A stretch of DNA of 64,000 nt from Armatimonadota bacterium (GTDB taxonomy: Bacteria; Sysuimicrobiota; Sysuimicrobiia; Sysuimicrobiales; Kaftiobacteriaceae): contig JBBIUY010000005.1 of NCBI GenBank assembly GCA_037440005.1, positions 63,686 through 127,685 of the forward strand. The letters are read 5' to 3'. Position 1 is the stretch's first letter. Every line of letters starts with the position of its first letter. The position numbers and the translations under genes were made by a program. Below the pieces are notes generated by a model. It searched no databases. It was not told the origin of the DNA and worked only from the letters and a program-made list of their open reading frames with translations. This document shows, piece by piece, positions 38,482 through 47,935 of this stretch.

Positions 38482-39891
38482 ATGAAGCGGTACGACCTGG
38501 TGATCATCGGCGGAGGTGCGGCGGCGTTCGCGGCGGCCACGCGGGCGTCCGAGCTGGAGGCGAGAGCCGTCATCATCAACACCGGCCTGCCCCTGGGCGG
38601 GACGTGCGTGAACGTGGGGTGCATCCCCACCAAGCACCTCCTGACGGTGGCGGAGGAGTACTACGACAGCCGGTTCTCGCGGTTTGCGGCCCTCACGCCG
38701 GGCGACCACCTGGCCCTGGACTTCGCCGCGGCCATCGCCGAAAAGGACGAACTGGTGGCGGCGTTGCGCCGGGAGCACTACCTGAAGGTGCTCGAGTCCC
38801 TCGGCGGCGTGGACCACATCGAGGGGCGGGCCGTGTTCCGGGGACCCCACGAGGTGGAGGTCAACGGGGACGTGGTCGCCGGCGAGAAGATCATCATCGC
38901 CACGGGATCGTCCGCCCGCCGCCTGCCGATTTCGGGGCTGGACCAGGTGGACTGGCTCGATCACCGCAGCGCGCTGGCCCTGCGCGAGCGGCCCAGGTCC
39001 CTGGTGGTGATCGGCGGAGGACCCCTGGGGCTGGAGTTCTCCCAGATGTTTCACCGCTTCGGCACGGAGGTGACGGTCGTCGAGGTCATGGATCAGATCC
39101 TCCCGCGCCACGAGCCGGAAGTGGCCGACGAGCTGCGGCGCTGCCTGGAGGAGGAAGGGATCGCCATCCTCACCCGCGCCGCCGTGGAGAGGGTCTCCCG
39201 GGGGCCAGAGGGGACCGCGGTCCTCGACGTGAGGCTGGAGCGGGGCCGCCGGACCCTGCGCGCCACCCACCTCCTGCTGGCGGCAGGGGTCTCGCCCAAC
39301 ACCCAGGGGTTGGGACTGGACGCGGCCGGGGTGGAGGTCACCGACGGGGGGTTCCCCAAGGTCACCGACTGGCTGCAGACCTCCGCCCCCCACATCTACG
39401 CCGCGGGCGACGTGGCGGGCAAGATGCAGCTGGAGACCGTGGCGGCCAAGGAGGGCAGGCTGGCGGCGGAGAACGCCCTCACGGGATCCCGCAAATCGGT
39501 GAACTACGACCACGTTCCCCACGCCGTCTTCACCAGCCCGCAGGTCGCCAGCGTGGGGTTGACCGAAGACGCGATGATGGCCCGGTACGGGACGTGCCGG
39601 TGCCGCACGGTGCGCCTGGAGCAGGTCCCCAAGGCCAAGGCCGTCAAAGAAACCCGGGGGCTCATCAAGATGGTGGTCCACCCCGAGACGGGCCAGATCC
39701 TCGGGGTCCACATGGTGGCGCCGATGGCGGCGGACCTCATCCACGAGGCGGTCCTGGCGGTGAGGTTCGGGCTCACCGTCGACGACATCATCGACACCGT
39801 GCACGTCTTCCCCACCTTCAGCGAGGGGATCAAGCTGGCCGCCCAGGCCTTCCGCCGGGACATCTCCGTGATGAGCTGCTGCGTGGAGTGA
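38482..39891 (+). CDS. merA: Mercuric reductase (no N-terminal HMA domain)
   Basis: [31 protein letters not shown]-terminal vicinal SCCVE. Confidence 0.92.
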   Translation: MKRYDLVIIGGGAAAFAAATRASELEARAVIINTGLPLGGTCVNVGCIPTKHLLTVAEEYYDSRFSRFAALTPGDHLALDFAAAIAEKDELVAALRREHYLKVLESLGGVDHIEGRAVFRGPHEVEVNGDVVAGEKIIIATGSSARRLPISGLDQVDWLDHRSALALRERPRSLVVIGGGPLGLEFSQMFHRFGTEVTVVEVMDQILPRHEPEVADELRRCLEEEGIAILTRAAVERVSRGPEGTAVLDVRLERGRRTLRATHLLLAAGVSPNTQGLGLDAAGVEVTDGGFPKVTDWLQTSAPHIYAAGDVAGKMQLETVAAKEGRLAAENALTGSRKSVNYDHVPHAVFTSPQVASVGLTEDAMMARYGTCRCRTVRLEQVPKAKAVKETRGLIKMVVHPETGQILGVHMVAPMAADLIHEAVLAVRFGLTVDDIIDTVHVFPTFSEGIKLAAQAFRRDISVMSCCVE

Positions 39892-40784
39892 CGGACCGGG
39901 GGGACGGCCGGGTGGAGCGGCGGCCGCGGGTGCGGGTGTACCTGGCGTCGGTGCGGGCGGCCGGCGGCGCCGGCCTGGGCGCCTGGGCCGCGGAGGTCGC
40001 CCGGGCCGTCCGGGCCGGCGCCGGCGCCGACCTGGTGGTGCTGCCCGCCGGGACCGGCGTGCTGGCTCTGCAGGCCGTGGCGGAGGTGCAGGGGTGGGCG
40101 GATGCCTGCCGGGCGGCGGCGAGCCATCCCCACCTGCCCTCCCGGCTGCAGGCCGTCTTCGCCGACCTCGCCCGATCGGCAGGCGCGTACCTGCTCGCCG
40201 GCAGCGCTCTCGTGCCCGGCGAGGCGGGGGTGCGCCACGAGGCCTGGTTGTTCGCCCCCGACGGCACCCTTGTCGGGAGCCAGGCCCAGACGCACCTCAC
40301 GCCCCGGGAGCGGGACCTGGGCCTGAGCCCCGGAGACGACCTGGCGGTCTTCTCCACGCCGGTGGGGGAGGTGGGCATCCTGGTCCAGACCGACCTGTGG
40401 ATCCCCGAGGCGTTTCGCCTCCTGGCCCTGCGGGGCGCCACCCTGGTCCTGGCTCCCGTGGCCGTGCCCGCGCCGTACCCGGAGGCGCATCAGGTGCGGG
40501 GTCTGTGGCAGCAGGTCCAGCAGAACCAGACCTTCGGGGTGGAGTGCGGCCTGTCGGGCGAGGTGCTGGGGGAGCGGTATGAATCCCGCCCGGCGGTCTG
40601 CGGACCCTGCGAGATGGTGGAGGACGGGTCCGGGTGGCTCGCCCGGGGCGGCGACGGGCAGGCGCTGTCCGCGGTGCTGGACTACCCCGCCCTCCAGGCG
40701 GCCGTGGACCGCTACGACGTCTTCGCCCACTTCAACTACCGCCTGTACGAACGCCACCTCCCGGCCATCTACGACCGCCTGTGA
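39888..40784 (+). CDS. Carbon-nitrogen hydrolase-fold protein lacking the catalytic triad
   Basis: Aligns by eye with 40781-41914 but has LVVLPAG / SQAQTHL / ILVQTD at the E / K / C positions. Confidence 0.72.
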   Translation: MTDRGDGRVERRPRVRVYLASVRAAGGAGLGAWAAEVARAVRAGAGADLVVLPAGTGVLALQAVAEVQGWADACRAAASHPHLPSRLQAVFADLARSAGAYLLAGSALVPGEAGVRHEAWLFAPDGTLVGSQAQTHLTPRERDLGLSPGDDLAVFSTPVGEVGILVQTDLWIPEAFRLLALRGATLVLAPVAVPAPYPEAHQVRGLWQQVQQNQTFGVECGLSGEVLGERYESRPAVCGPCEMVEDGSGWLARGGDGQALSAVLDYPALQAAVDRYDVFAHFNYRLYERHLPAIYDRL

Positions 40785-41914
40785 GCGCCCGGGCGGACGC
40801 GTTGAAGGAACAGGCGGCCCGCGCCCTGCTGTGGTGGGCCTCCCGCCCCCGCCGCATCCGCGCCCTGGTGGCCCGACGCCGGCTGCCCCAGGCCCCGCCG
40901 GCGCGCGGCGCCCGGGTCGTCGCGGCCGCCGTGCAGATGGAGCTGACCCTCGTTCGCACCCCCGAGGCGTTCGTCGTGCAGGTGGCGGAGCTGACGGCGG
41001 AGGCCGTGGACCGGGGGGCGCAGCTGGTGGTGTTCCCCGAGGACTGCGGATCGGCCCTGCTGGGGATGCTCCCCCCGGTGGCGGACGCCTCCGGCCGGGA
41101 CGTGGACGCCCTGGTGCACATCCTGGCGGGCCCCCGGGCCCGGGTCGCCGACGTGCTGGCCTTCGTGGGCCCGTACGTGGAGCGGGCGCTCACGGCCACG
41201 TTCTCCGAGGTCGCCAGGCGCACCGGCGCGTACGTGGTGGCCGGCAGCGCCATGCTCCCGGTAGGGGGCGGGGTGCGCAACGTGGCCTTCCTCTTCGGCC
41301 CCGACGGCCGCCTGGTGGGCCGGCACGCCAAATGTCATCTCATCGACCTGGAAGAGCGGTGGGGCCTGCAGACCGGCGACGACCTGGAGGTGTATGAGAC
41401 GAGCCTGGGGCGCCTGGCGATGGCCGTCTGCATGGACAGCACCTACTTCGAGACCTTCCGCATCCTCGCCCTGCAGGGGGCGGAGATCGTCTGCATTCCC
41501 ACCGCCGACCCCCAGCCCTACAACTTCTGGAAGGCGCGGCGCGGCCCGTGGCCGCGGACGCAGGAGAGCCCGGTCTACAGCGTGCACGCCTGCCTGGTCG
41601 GCCGGGTGCTGGGCCTGGAGCTCACCGGGCGCTCGTCGCTGTTCGCTCCCCTGGAGCTCACCCCGGACGGCTCGGGGGTGATCGCCCAGGCCGCCACCGC
41701 CGACGCCCAGGAGGTGGTGGTGGGGGAGCTGGACCTGGCCGCGCTGCGGCGCCTGCGGGCCGAGCGGCCGCTGCGGGACGTCCTCCGCCCGGACCTGTAC
41801 CGGCGGGTGTTCCCGGCGGCGTACCGGGAGTACCGGGCGCGGCACCCTCACGGCCGCCGGGTGTGGGCCGACAGGGCGGGCGCGCCGGCGGTCCGGGCCC
41901 CGGACGCCCGGTAG
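40781..41914 (+). CDS. Carbon-nitrogen hydrolase (nitrilase superfamily)
   Basis: LVVFPED (E), RHAKCHL (K), AVCMDS (C): triad intact. Confidence 0.88.
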   Translation: MSARADALKEQAARALLWWASRPRRIRALVARRRLPQAPPARGARVVAAAVQMELTLVRTPEAFVVQVAELTAEAVDRGAQLVVFPEDCGSALLGMLPPVADASGRDVDALVHILAGPRARVADVLAFVGPYVERALTATFSEVARRTGAYVVAGSAMLPVGGGVRNVAFLFGPDGRLVGRHAKCHLIDLEERWGLQTGDDLEVYETSLGRLAMAVCMDSTYFETFRILALQGAEIVCIPTADPQPYNFWKARRGPWPRTQESPVYSVHACLVGRVLGLELTGRSSLFAPLELTPDGSGVIAQAATADAQEVVVGELDLAALRRLRAERPLRDVLRPDLYRRVFPAAYREYRARHPHGRRVWADRAGAPAVRAPDAR

Positions 41915-42843
41915 GGCTGGAACGGCTCCCGGGGCGCCGAGAAGAAGATCTCCCGCAGCTCCTCCCACGTCCGCCGGGCTTCGGAGGCGCCCAGGCGCGC
42001 CAGGGTGTCGATCTCGTCCACCGTGTCGATGTCGAACCGGCCGGGCTCCAGGGCCGGGCTGACGCGCACCACCCGCTCGGAGCCGATCAGAGCCCGCGCC
42101 ATGGCCACCGCCCCCGAGGACTGGGCCGTGAGCGCCACCGTCACGCCGTGCACGAGCCAGAAGGTCAGGCCCGGGCGGGACCGCGCCCCCACCGCAAAGC
42201 GCAGGGGCTCGCTGCTGCAGCCCAGGTTCAGCACCCACAGCTCCTCTTTCGGCCACCGGAGCACCCCCAGGGCTTCGATCACCGCCAGGGCCGCCGGGTT
42301 GATGGCCCACACCCCGCCGTCGATGAAGCACGCTCCGGCCGGGGTGCAGTAGGCGGGGAAGTAGATGGGGGCGGCCGAGGTGGCCATGGCCACGTCCACC
42401 GCCCGCTCGTCGGCGTCGCCGGTGAGGTCCGGGTGGTGCGGGGTCCGGTAGAGGCGGGCCTCCCCCGTCTGGAGGTTGGTGGCCGGGATCAGCAGGCGCA
42501 CCGTGCTCTCGCCCAGCCGGCGGTCGCCGAAGGCGGCGCGGAACGCCTCGTACAGGGGGCGGCTGTCAAAGCCCGCCAGCCCGAAACGCCGCAGGGCGCG
42601 GAGCACCAGGTGTCCGCTGCCGGAGAAGACCCGGGGGCCCGAACGGTTGTAGATGGTCAGGATCTCGCGGGCCGAATAGCCCAGCCCCAGGGCCAGGGCG
42701 ATGATCCCGCCCGTCGAGGTGCCGGCGATCAGGTCGAAGTAGGTGGCGATGCGGTCCCCCAGCCGGTCCTCCACGGCGGCCAGGAAGGCGAGGGGGAAGA
42801 CGCCCCGGATGCCGCCGCCGTCGATGGCGAGGATACGCCTCAT
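41848..42843 (-). CDS. Patatin-like phospholipase (CapV-like sequence features)
   Basis: ILAIDGGGIRG, FDLIAGTSTGG, ATSAAPIYF, FIDGGVWAINP. Confidence 0.88.
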   Translation of the reverse strand: MRRILAIDGGGIRGVFPLAFLAAVEDRLGDRIATYFDLIAGTSTGGIIALALGLGYSAREILTIYNRSGPRVFSGSGHLVLRALRRFGLAGFDSRPLYEAFRAAFGDRRLGESTVRLLIPATNLQTGEARLYRTPHHPDLTGDADERAVDVAMATSAAPIYFPAYCTPAGACFIDGGVWAINPAALAVIEALGVLRWPKEELWVLNLGCSSEPLRFAVGARSRPGLTFWLVHGVTVALTAQSSGAVAMARALIGSERVVRVSPALEPGRFDIDTVDEIDTLARLGASEARRTWEELREIFFSAPREPFQPYRASGARTAGAPALSAHTRRP

Positions 42844-43295
42844 GGACGGGTCGCCTCCCGCTCCGTCTGCCACAGGCTGAGGCCGATCAGCACCAGCTGC
42901 ACCGGGAGGCTGGACTGCCAGCGGGCGCCCCGCTGGATCCGGCCGTGCAGGTCAAAGAACCACCGGGGGCGCCGCAGGCCCAGGACGTGGTAGGGCACCC
43001 ACAGCAGGTCGGGGAGGACGGCTCCCACCGCGCCCGCGATGACCGAGGCCCTATCCCGGCCCAGCCAGCGCCGGTGGACGGCCACGCTCAGGACGCCCGC
43101 CGTCGCCGCCACGTCGCGAAGCACCGCCACGAGGTTGCCGCGCTGGTGCCAGGCCGCGGCGCCGTCAAAGCCGTCCCAGTGAGGGATGCCGTCCAGGGCC
43201 AGGTGGGAGAGGACGCCCGCCGCCAGGGCGGCCGCCGGCCGGCGGATGCGGGCGCCCAGAGCCAGGCCGGTGGCCAGGTGGGTGACCAGCAGCAT
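42840..43295 (-). CDS. Membrane-bound metal-dependent hydrolase-like protein
   Basis: MLLVTHLATG, SHLALDGIPHWD, GAVLPD, DLH; RBS GGAGGAG-like before ATG. Confidence 0.7.
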   Translation of the reverse strand: MLLVTHLATGLALGARIRRPAAALAAGVLSHLALDGIPHWDGFDGAAAWHQRGNLVAVLRDVAATAGVLSVAVHRRWLGRDRASVIAGAVGAVLPDLLWVPYHVLGLRRPRWFFDLHGRIQRGARWQSSLPVQLVLIGLSLWQTEREATRP

Positions 43296-43318
43296 TCCCG
43301 TCTCCTCCTGCTTCAGTG

Positions 43319-43345
43319 TACCATCGGCCCCCGCCCTCCTATTCC
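43319..43345 (-). promoter_or_regulatory. Candidate ECF promoter GGAAT-N19-GTA (divergent, minus strand)
   Basis: Minus strand cGGAATAggagggcgggggccgatgGTAcac, upstream of the start at 43295. Confidence 0.55.
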
Positions 43346-43370
43346 GGCCCGGCAGGAGGTCGTGGGCGCG

Positions 43371-43397
43371 GGAATAAGATGCATACGGCCGAACGTA
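43371..43397 (+). promoter_or_regulatory. Candidate ECF promoter GGAAT-N19-GTA
   Basis: gGGAATAagatgcatacggccgaacGTAtgc upstream of the second merA. Confidence 0.55.
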
Positions 43398-43430
43398 TGC
43401 CAGTCCTGACGGCCGCGGAGGGGGAGGGAG

Positions 43431-45090
43431 ATGGCAGACCGGGTTCAGGTGGTCCTGAGAGTTGAGGGCATGACGTGCGACGGCTGCGCGCGCCACGTGC
43501 AGCGGGCGCTGGGCGACGTCCCGGGCGTGACGGCCAGCCGGGTGCCGGCCTGGCGGGCCGGTCGGGCGGTGGTGGTGGCCGACGGGTCGGTCTCCGACGA
43601 CGCCCTGCGGGACGCCGTCGGGCGCGCCGGGTACCACGCGGTGGTCCTGGAGCGCCGGCCCGCCGACGGTAAGGAGTTCGCCCCGGAGGGTGGCGTGGAC
43701 TACGACCTGATGGTGATCGGCGGCGGCTCGGCCGGGTTTGCGGCGGCCATCCGGGCGGCGGAGCTGGGCGCCACGGTGGCCATCGTGGAGGCGGGGACCA
43801 TCGGCGGGACCTGTGTCAACGTGGGGTGCGTACCCAGCAAGACCCTCATCGCCGCCGCCGAGCTGTGCTATCACGCGGCCTACCCCATGTTCGAGGGCCT
43901 GCCGGCCTGCCCGCCGCCCCAGGACTGGCAGCGGGTGGTGGCCCAGAAGGACGAGCTGGTGGCGGCGCTGCGCCAGGGCAAGTACGTGGACGTGATGGCT
44001 CTCTATCCCTCCCTGACCCTGATCCGCGGACACGCGCGCCTGGCCGGCCCCCGTGCCGTCGCGGTCGACGGCCGCGTCTACCACCCGGGCAAGATCGTCG
44101 TCGCCACCGGAGCCCTGCCCTGGGCCCCGCCGATCCCGGGTCTGGAAGAGGTGGGGTACCTGGACAGCACGGCCGCCCTCAGCCTTCCCGAGCTGCCCCG
44201 CTCGCTGGTGGTGATCGGCGGCGGGCCGATCGGCCTGGAGCTGGCCCAGCTGTTCCGGCGGTTCGGCGTGGCGGTGACCGTCGTGGAGGCCGCCGCCCGA
44301 ATTGCCGCCGGAGAGGATCCCGACGTCAGCGAGGCGCTGACCCGCTACCTGCAGCAGGAGGGCATCGAGATCCACACGGGCATCCGCATCACCCAGGTCC
44401 GGCGAACCGCCTCGGGCAAGGAGGTGCGGCGAGGCCCGGGGGCGCCCGTGCACCTTCCAGGGCCAGGAGGTCCTCGTGGCGACCGGCCGGCGGCCCCGCA
44501 CCGACGGCCTGGGGCTGGAGGAGGCCGGAGTCCAGGTGGGCCGGCGGGGCGAGGTGGTGGTGGACGAGCACCTGCAGACCACCAACCCCCACGTGTTCGC
44601 CGCCGGCGACGTCATTGGCGACCCCCAGTACGTGTACGTGGCCGCCTATGCGGGCGGCCTGGCGGCGGAGAACGCCCTCACCGGCGCAGGCCGGATCTAC
44701 GACCTGACGGCCCTGCCGCGGGTGACCTTCACCGACCCCCAGGTGGCCAGCGTCGGCTACACCGAGGTCCAGGCGCGGGAGCGCGGCCTGGCCGTCCGGG
44801 CGGTGACCCTGCCGTTGGAGCACGTGCCCCGGGCCATTGCCGCCCGGGCCACCCGCGGGCTGATCAAGCTGGTGGCGGAGGAGGGAACCGAGCGGCTGCT
44901 GGGCGCCCACGTGGTGGCCCCCGACGCCGGAGAGGTGATCCAGGAGGCGGTGCTGGCCGTGCGGTTCGGGTTGACGGTCCAGGACCTGGTGGACACGTTT
45001 CACCCCTACCTGACCATGGCGGAAGGGCTCAAGCTGGCCGCCCTCTCCTTCCGCAAGGACGTCGCCCGGCTGAGCTGCTGCGCCACCTGA
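43431..45090 (+). pseudogene. merA: Mercuric reductase with N-terminal HMA domain, frameshifted near 44427
   Basis: GMTCDGC and [13 protein letters not shown] in frame 1; ...QEVLVATGRRP...HPYLTMAEGLKLAA...SCCAT in another frame. Junction at gag gtg c|ggc gag gcc. Confidence 0.8.
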
Positions 45091-45122
45091 GGCCCCCGCG
45101 GTTCGGGCGGGGGAACCCGGCC

Positions 45123-45148
45123 GGAATATGGGACCGGCACGGACGGTA
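45123..45148 (+). promoter_or_regulatory. Candidate ECF promoter GGAAT-N18-GTA
   Basis: cGGAATAtgggaccggcacggacgGTAcgac; shares the CGGTACGAC -10 context with the 27306 site. Confidence 0.55.
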
Positions 45149-45190
45149 CGACACTTCGGGATGCGGCAGACCGCATCCCGGGGTGTCCCG

Positions 45191-45895
45191 ATGACAGTCC
45201 GCCACGTGCTCTTGGACCTGGACAATACCCTGTACTCCGCCCGGACGGGACTGATGGCGGCGCTGGACGGGCGGATCGCCCGCTACCTGGCGCGCACGCT
45301 GGGCGTGCGGCTGCCGCAGGCTCAACGCCTCCAGGCCGACTACTGCTGGCAGTACGGCACCTGTGTGGACGGCCTCCGCCAGCACACGCGCCTGGACCTG
45401 GAACGGTTCCTGGACGACGTCCACGCCATCGACGTCCGCCGCTACCTGGCCCCCGACCCGGTCCTGGCGGCGACCCTGGACAGGCTCCCCCAGCACCGGT
45501 GGGTGTTCACCAACGCTCCCGCCGACTACGCCCGGCGGGTGGTGGAGGCGCTGGGCGTGGCCGACCGGATTGACGGCATCTTCGACATCCGCTGGATGGA
45601 GTGTCAGGGCAAGCCCCACCCCTCCGCCTACCGTCGGGTCCTGCGGGCCCTGGGGGTCCCGGGCCGGTGGTGCGCGCTGGTGGACGACTCGGTCCGCAAC
45701 CTGCGCCCCGCCCGCGCGCTGGGCATGACCACGGTCCTGGTGGCGCGCGCCACGCCGGTGCGGGCGAGGTGGGTGGACGTGGTCGTCTCCGACCTCGGCC
45801 AGCTGCCCGGGGCGCTGGCCGTACGCCGAGGAAGGTCCGCATCGCGGCCCCGACGCGGGCGTGGCGTTTTGACGCCTGGGCGGCTTCTCGGGTAA
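45191..45895 (+). CDS. HAD-family pyrimidine 5'-nucleotidase-like hydrolase
   Basis: DLDNTLY, YGT, FTNA, KPHP, VDDSVRNL. Confidence 0.88.
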   Translation: MTVRHVLLDLDNTLYSARTGLMAALDGRIARYLARTLGVRLPQAQRLQADYCWQYGTCVDGLRQHTRLDLERFLDDVHAIDVRRYLAPDPVLAATLDRLPQHRWVFTNAPADYARRVVEALGVADRIDGIFDIRWMECQGKPHPSAYRRVLRALGVPGRWCALVDDSVRNLRPARALGMTTVLVARATPVRARWVDVVVSDLGQLPGALAVRRGRSASRPRRGRGVLTPGRLLG

Positions 45896-45912
45896 TATTT
45901 ACATACGGGGAA

Positions 45913-46071
45913 ATGGATACGTCCTCCGGCCCCCCGCCCGACGGGCTGACCTGGCGCGACCTGCTGGTCCTGGCCCTCATCGTCCTCGCCGGCGCTGTGG
46001 TCCTGGCCGGCATGCCAATGCTCATCCCGTGCGCCCTGTCCTGTCCGGCCGTGCCGCCGGCTCCCCACTGA
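45913..46071 (+). CDS. Small single-TM protein with CxxxC
   Basis: MDTSSGPPPDGLTWRDLLVLALIVLAGAVVLAGMPMLIPCALSCPAVPPAPH; preceded by TTGACG(45869)-N18-TAATAT(45893). Confidence 0.5.
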   Translation: MDTSSGPPPDGLTWRDLLVLALIVLAGAVVLAGMPMLIPCALSCPAVPPAPH

Positions 46072-46084
46072 CGGTGAGTGGCGC

Positions 46085-47209
46085 ATGAGGAGGACCTCTT
46101 TTGCCGTCGTCTGGGCGCTGCTGAGCGCGCTGATCTTCGCCGGAGGCGCCCTGGCCCTGATCGGCAGGGTCCCCGGCGGCGACCACGACCTGGCGCTGCC
46201 TGCGGGCTCCACCGACGTCGTCCTGTCGGCGGACGGGCGGTGGGCGTGGGTGGCGACGGTTACGTTCAACGCCGAGGAAGCGGTTCCCCAGCGGGTGGTG
46301 TCCCTGGTGGACCTGGACCGGAGATCCGTGGTCTGGCGCCGGGCCCTGCCCAGCCCCACCTGCTGCGCGTTTCCCGTCCTGGCCGCTACGGCGGCGGCCG
46401 ATGCGGCGGCTATGGGCGGGGCGGAGCAGACGGTGCTGTTCGACCGGCAGGGCCGGGTGGCCGGCCTGGCGGCGCTGGGCGACGGAGGCCTCCACACCGC
46501 GGCGGCGTTGACCGACGACGGCCGGCTGCTCGCGGTCGGAGAGAGCCGGGGCCGCGTGGCCGTGTTTGTGGAAGGCCGGCGGGTCTGGGTGAAGGAGATG
46601 CCCTCACCCCTGCTGGCGCTGGCCCTCTCCGCTGACGGGTCGGTCCTGGCGGCGGTCCTGCGGGACCGCTGGATCCTGGTGCGCCCCCGGGACGGAGCCC
46701 TCCTGCACTCCGGAGGCTACGGGCCCGCCCGGGTCGCTGCGGCCGCCACCTCCCACGACGGGCGCCGCGTCGCGATCGTATGGAAGCGGCAGGATCAGGT
46801 GATGGACGTGATGGCCATCGAGCGAGGGCAGCGCCTGTGGGGGAAATCCCTCGGGCCCGGCACGGTCCCCCTGCTCCAGGTCGACCGCGCAGGCCGGTGG
46901 CTGGCCGTGGGCGACCTGCTCGGGCGGCAGGCGGCCGTGTACACCTTCGACGGTATTCCGCTGTGGCAGATGGGTGGGGCCGTCCGGTCCGCGGCCGCAG
47001 TCTCGCCCGACGGGAGGCGGGCCGCGGTGGCGGCGGGCCGGGAGGTGGAGGTGCGGACGCTGCCCGCGGGCCGGACCGTCTGGCGGGGCCGCCTGCCGGG
47101 GGTGCCGCACCTGCTCCGGACGGCCGGGCCGCGCCTGGCGGCGTTGCTGTCCGCGGACCCGAAGGCGGCCCTGCCCGACCGGCTGTGGTGGACGGACATC
47201 CCCCGCTAG
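46085..47209 (+). CDS. Exported WD40-like beta-propeller protein
   Basis: Signal/TM helix; repeated LSADG / LTDDG / SHDG / VSPDG blades; vicinal Cys in PTCCAFP. Confidence 0.7.
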   Translation: MRRTSFAVVWALLSALIFAGGALALIGRVPGGDHDLALPAGSTDVVLSADGRWAWVATVTFNAEEAVPQRVVSLVDLDRRSVVWRRALPSPTCCAFPVLAATAAADAAAMGGAEQTVLFDRQGRVAGLAALGDGGLHTAAALTDDGRLLAVGESRGRVAVFVEGRRVWVKEMPSPLLALALSADGSVLAAVLRDRWILVRPRDGALLHSGGYGPARVAAAATSHDGRRVAIVWKRQDQVMDVMAIERGQRLWGKSLGPGTVPLLQVDRAGRWLAVGDLLGRQAAVYTFDGIPLWQMGGAVRSAAAVSPDGRRAAVAAGREVEVRTLPAGRTVWRGRLPGVPHLLRTAGPRLAALLSADPKAALPDRLWWTDIPR

Positions 47210-47246
47210 GCCGCCCCGGCGAGCGGGAGGTGTCAGGAGGTGCAAC

Positions 47247-47867
47247 ATGGGAGAGCGTCGCGGGCAGACGGACACCGGCAGGGACAGACAGCGGTCTATC
47301 CTCCTCGCAGCCCTCGCCGCGCTCGGCCTCGTGCTGCTCGTGGCAGTTGTCTACCAGCTGCGGACGGCAGGCCCGCGCGCCCCGGCACCGCCGGTGTCGC
47401 CGGCGGCGCTGCTGGGCGTGCGCCCGGGCGACCTGGCCCCCGACTTCCGGGTGGTGGACGTGGAGGGCAGGGTGGTGACCCGGGCGGTCCTCACCACGGG
47501 CGGCAGGCCCGGCCTGCTGTTCTTCACCGCCACCTGGTGCTTTCCGTGCGTGGTGGGTCTGCAGCACCTGGCGAGATTTGAAGCGGACGCGGGGGACCGT
47601 CCCTTCCACGTGCTCGTGGTGTTCGTGGACCCCACCGAGACCGACGACGACCTGCGGGCGTACCGGCAGCGGTTCACCTTCCCCCGGCACTGGTTGTACG
47701 CCCGGGACACCGACGGGATAGTGCTGAAGTACCGCGTGCGCTTCCTGGACACCAAGTACGTCCTCGATGCCCGGGGCGTCGTGCGGTTCGCCGACGTGGC
47801 CCCGGCCACCTACGACACCTGGCGGCGCGCGCTGGCCGCCGTGGGCGTCGTCCCCCGGGCGCGGTGA
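47247..47867 (+). CDS. Membrane-anchored redoxin (TlpA/AhpC-TSA fold, CFPC)
   Basis: GDLAPDF, FFTATWCFPC. Confidence 0.85.
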   Translation: MGERRGQTDTGRDRQRSILLAALAALGLVLLVAVVYQLRTAGPRAPAPPVSPAALLGVRPGDLAPDFRVVDVEGRVVTRAVLTTGGRPGLLFFTATWCFPCVVGLQHLARFEADAGDRPFHVLVVFVDPTETDDDLRAYRQRFTFPRHWLYARDTDGIVLKYRVRFLDTKYVLDARGVVRFADVAPATYDTWRRALAAVGVVPRAR

Positions 47868-47935
47868 TCCCACAAGCCGCCCGGTCCCGTCCGCGGGTCT
47901 TCTCCGGTTGACCCTCCGGACTCTCCCGCGCCATA

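Noticed and set aside
41848..42843. CBASS anti-phage system
   Set aside because: Only a patatin effector-like gene; no CD-NTase or Cap2/Cap3 in the window.
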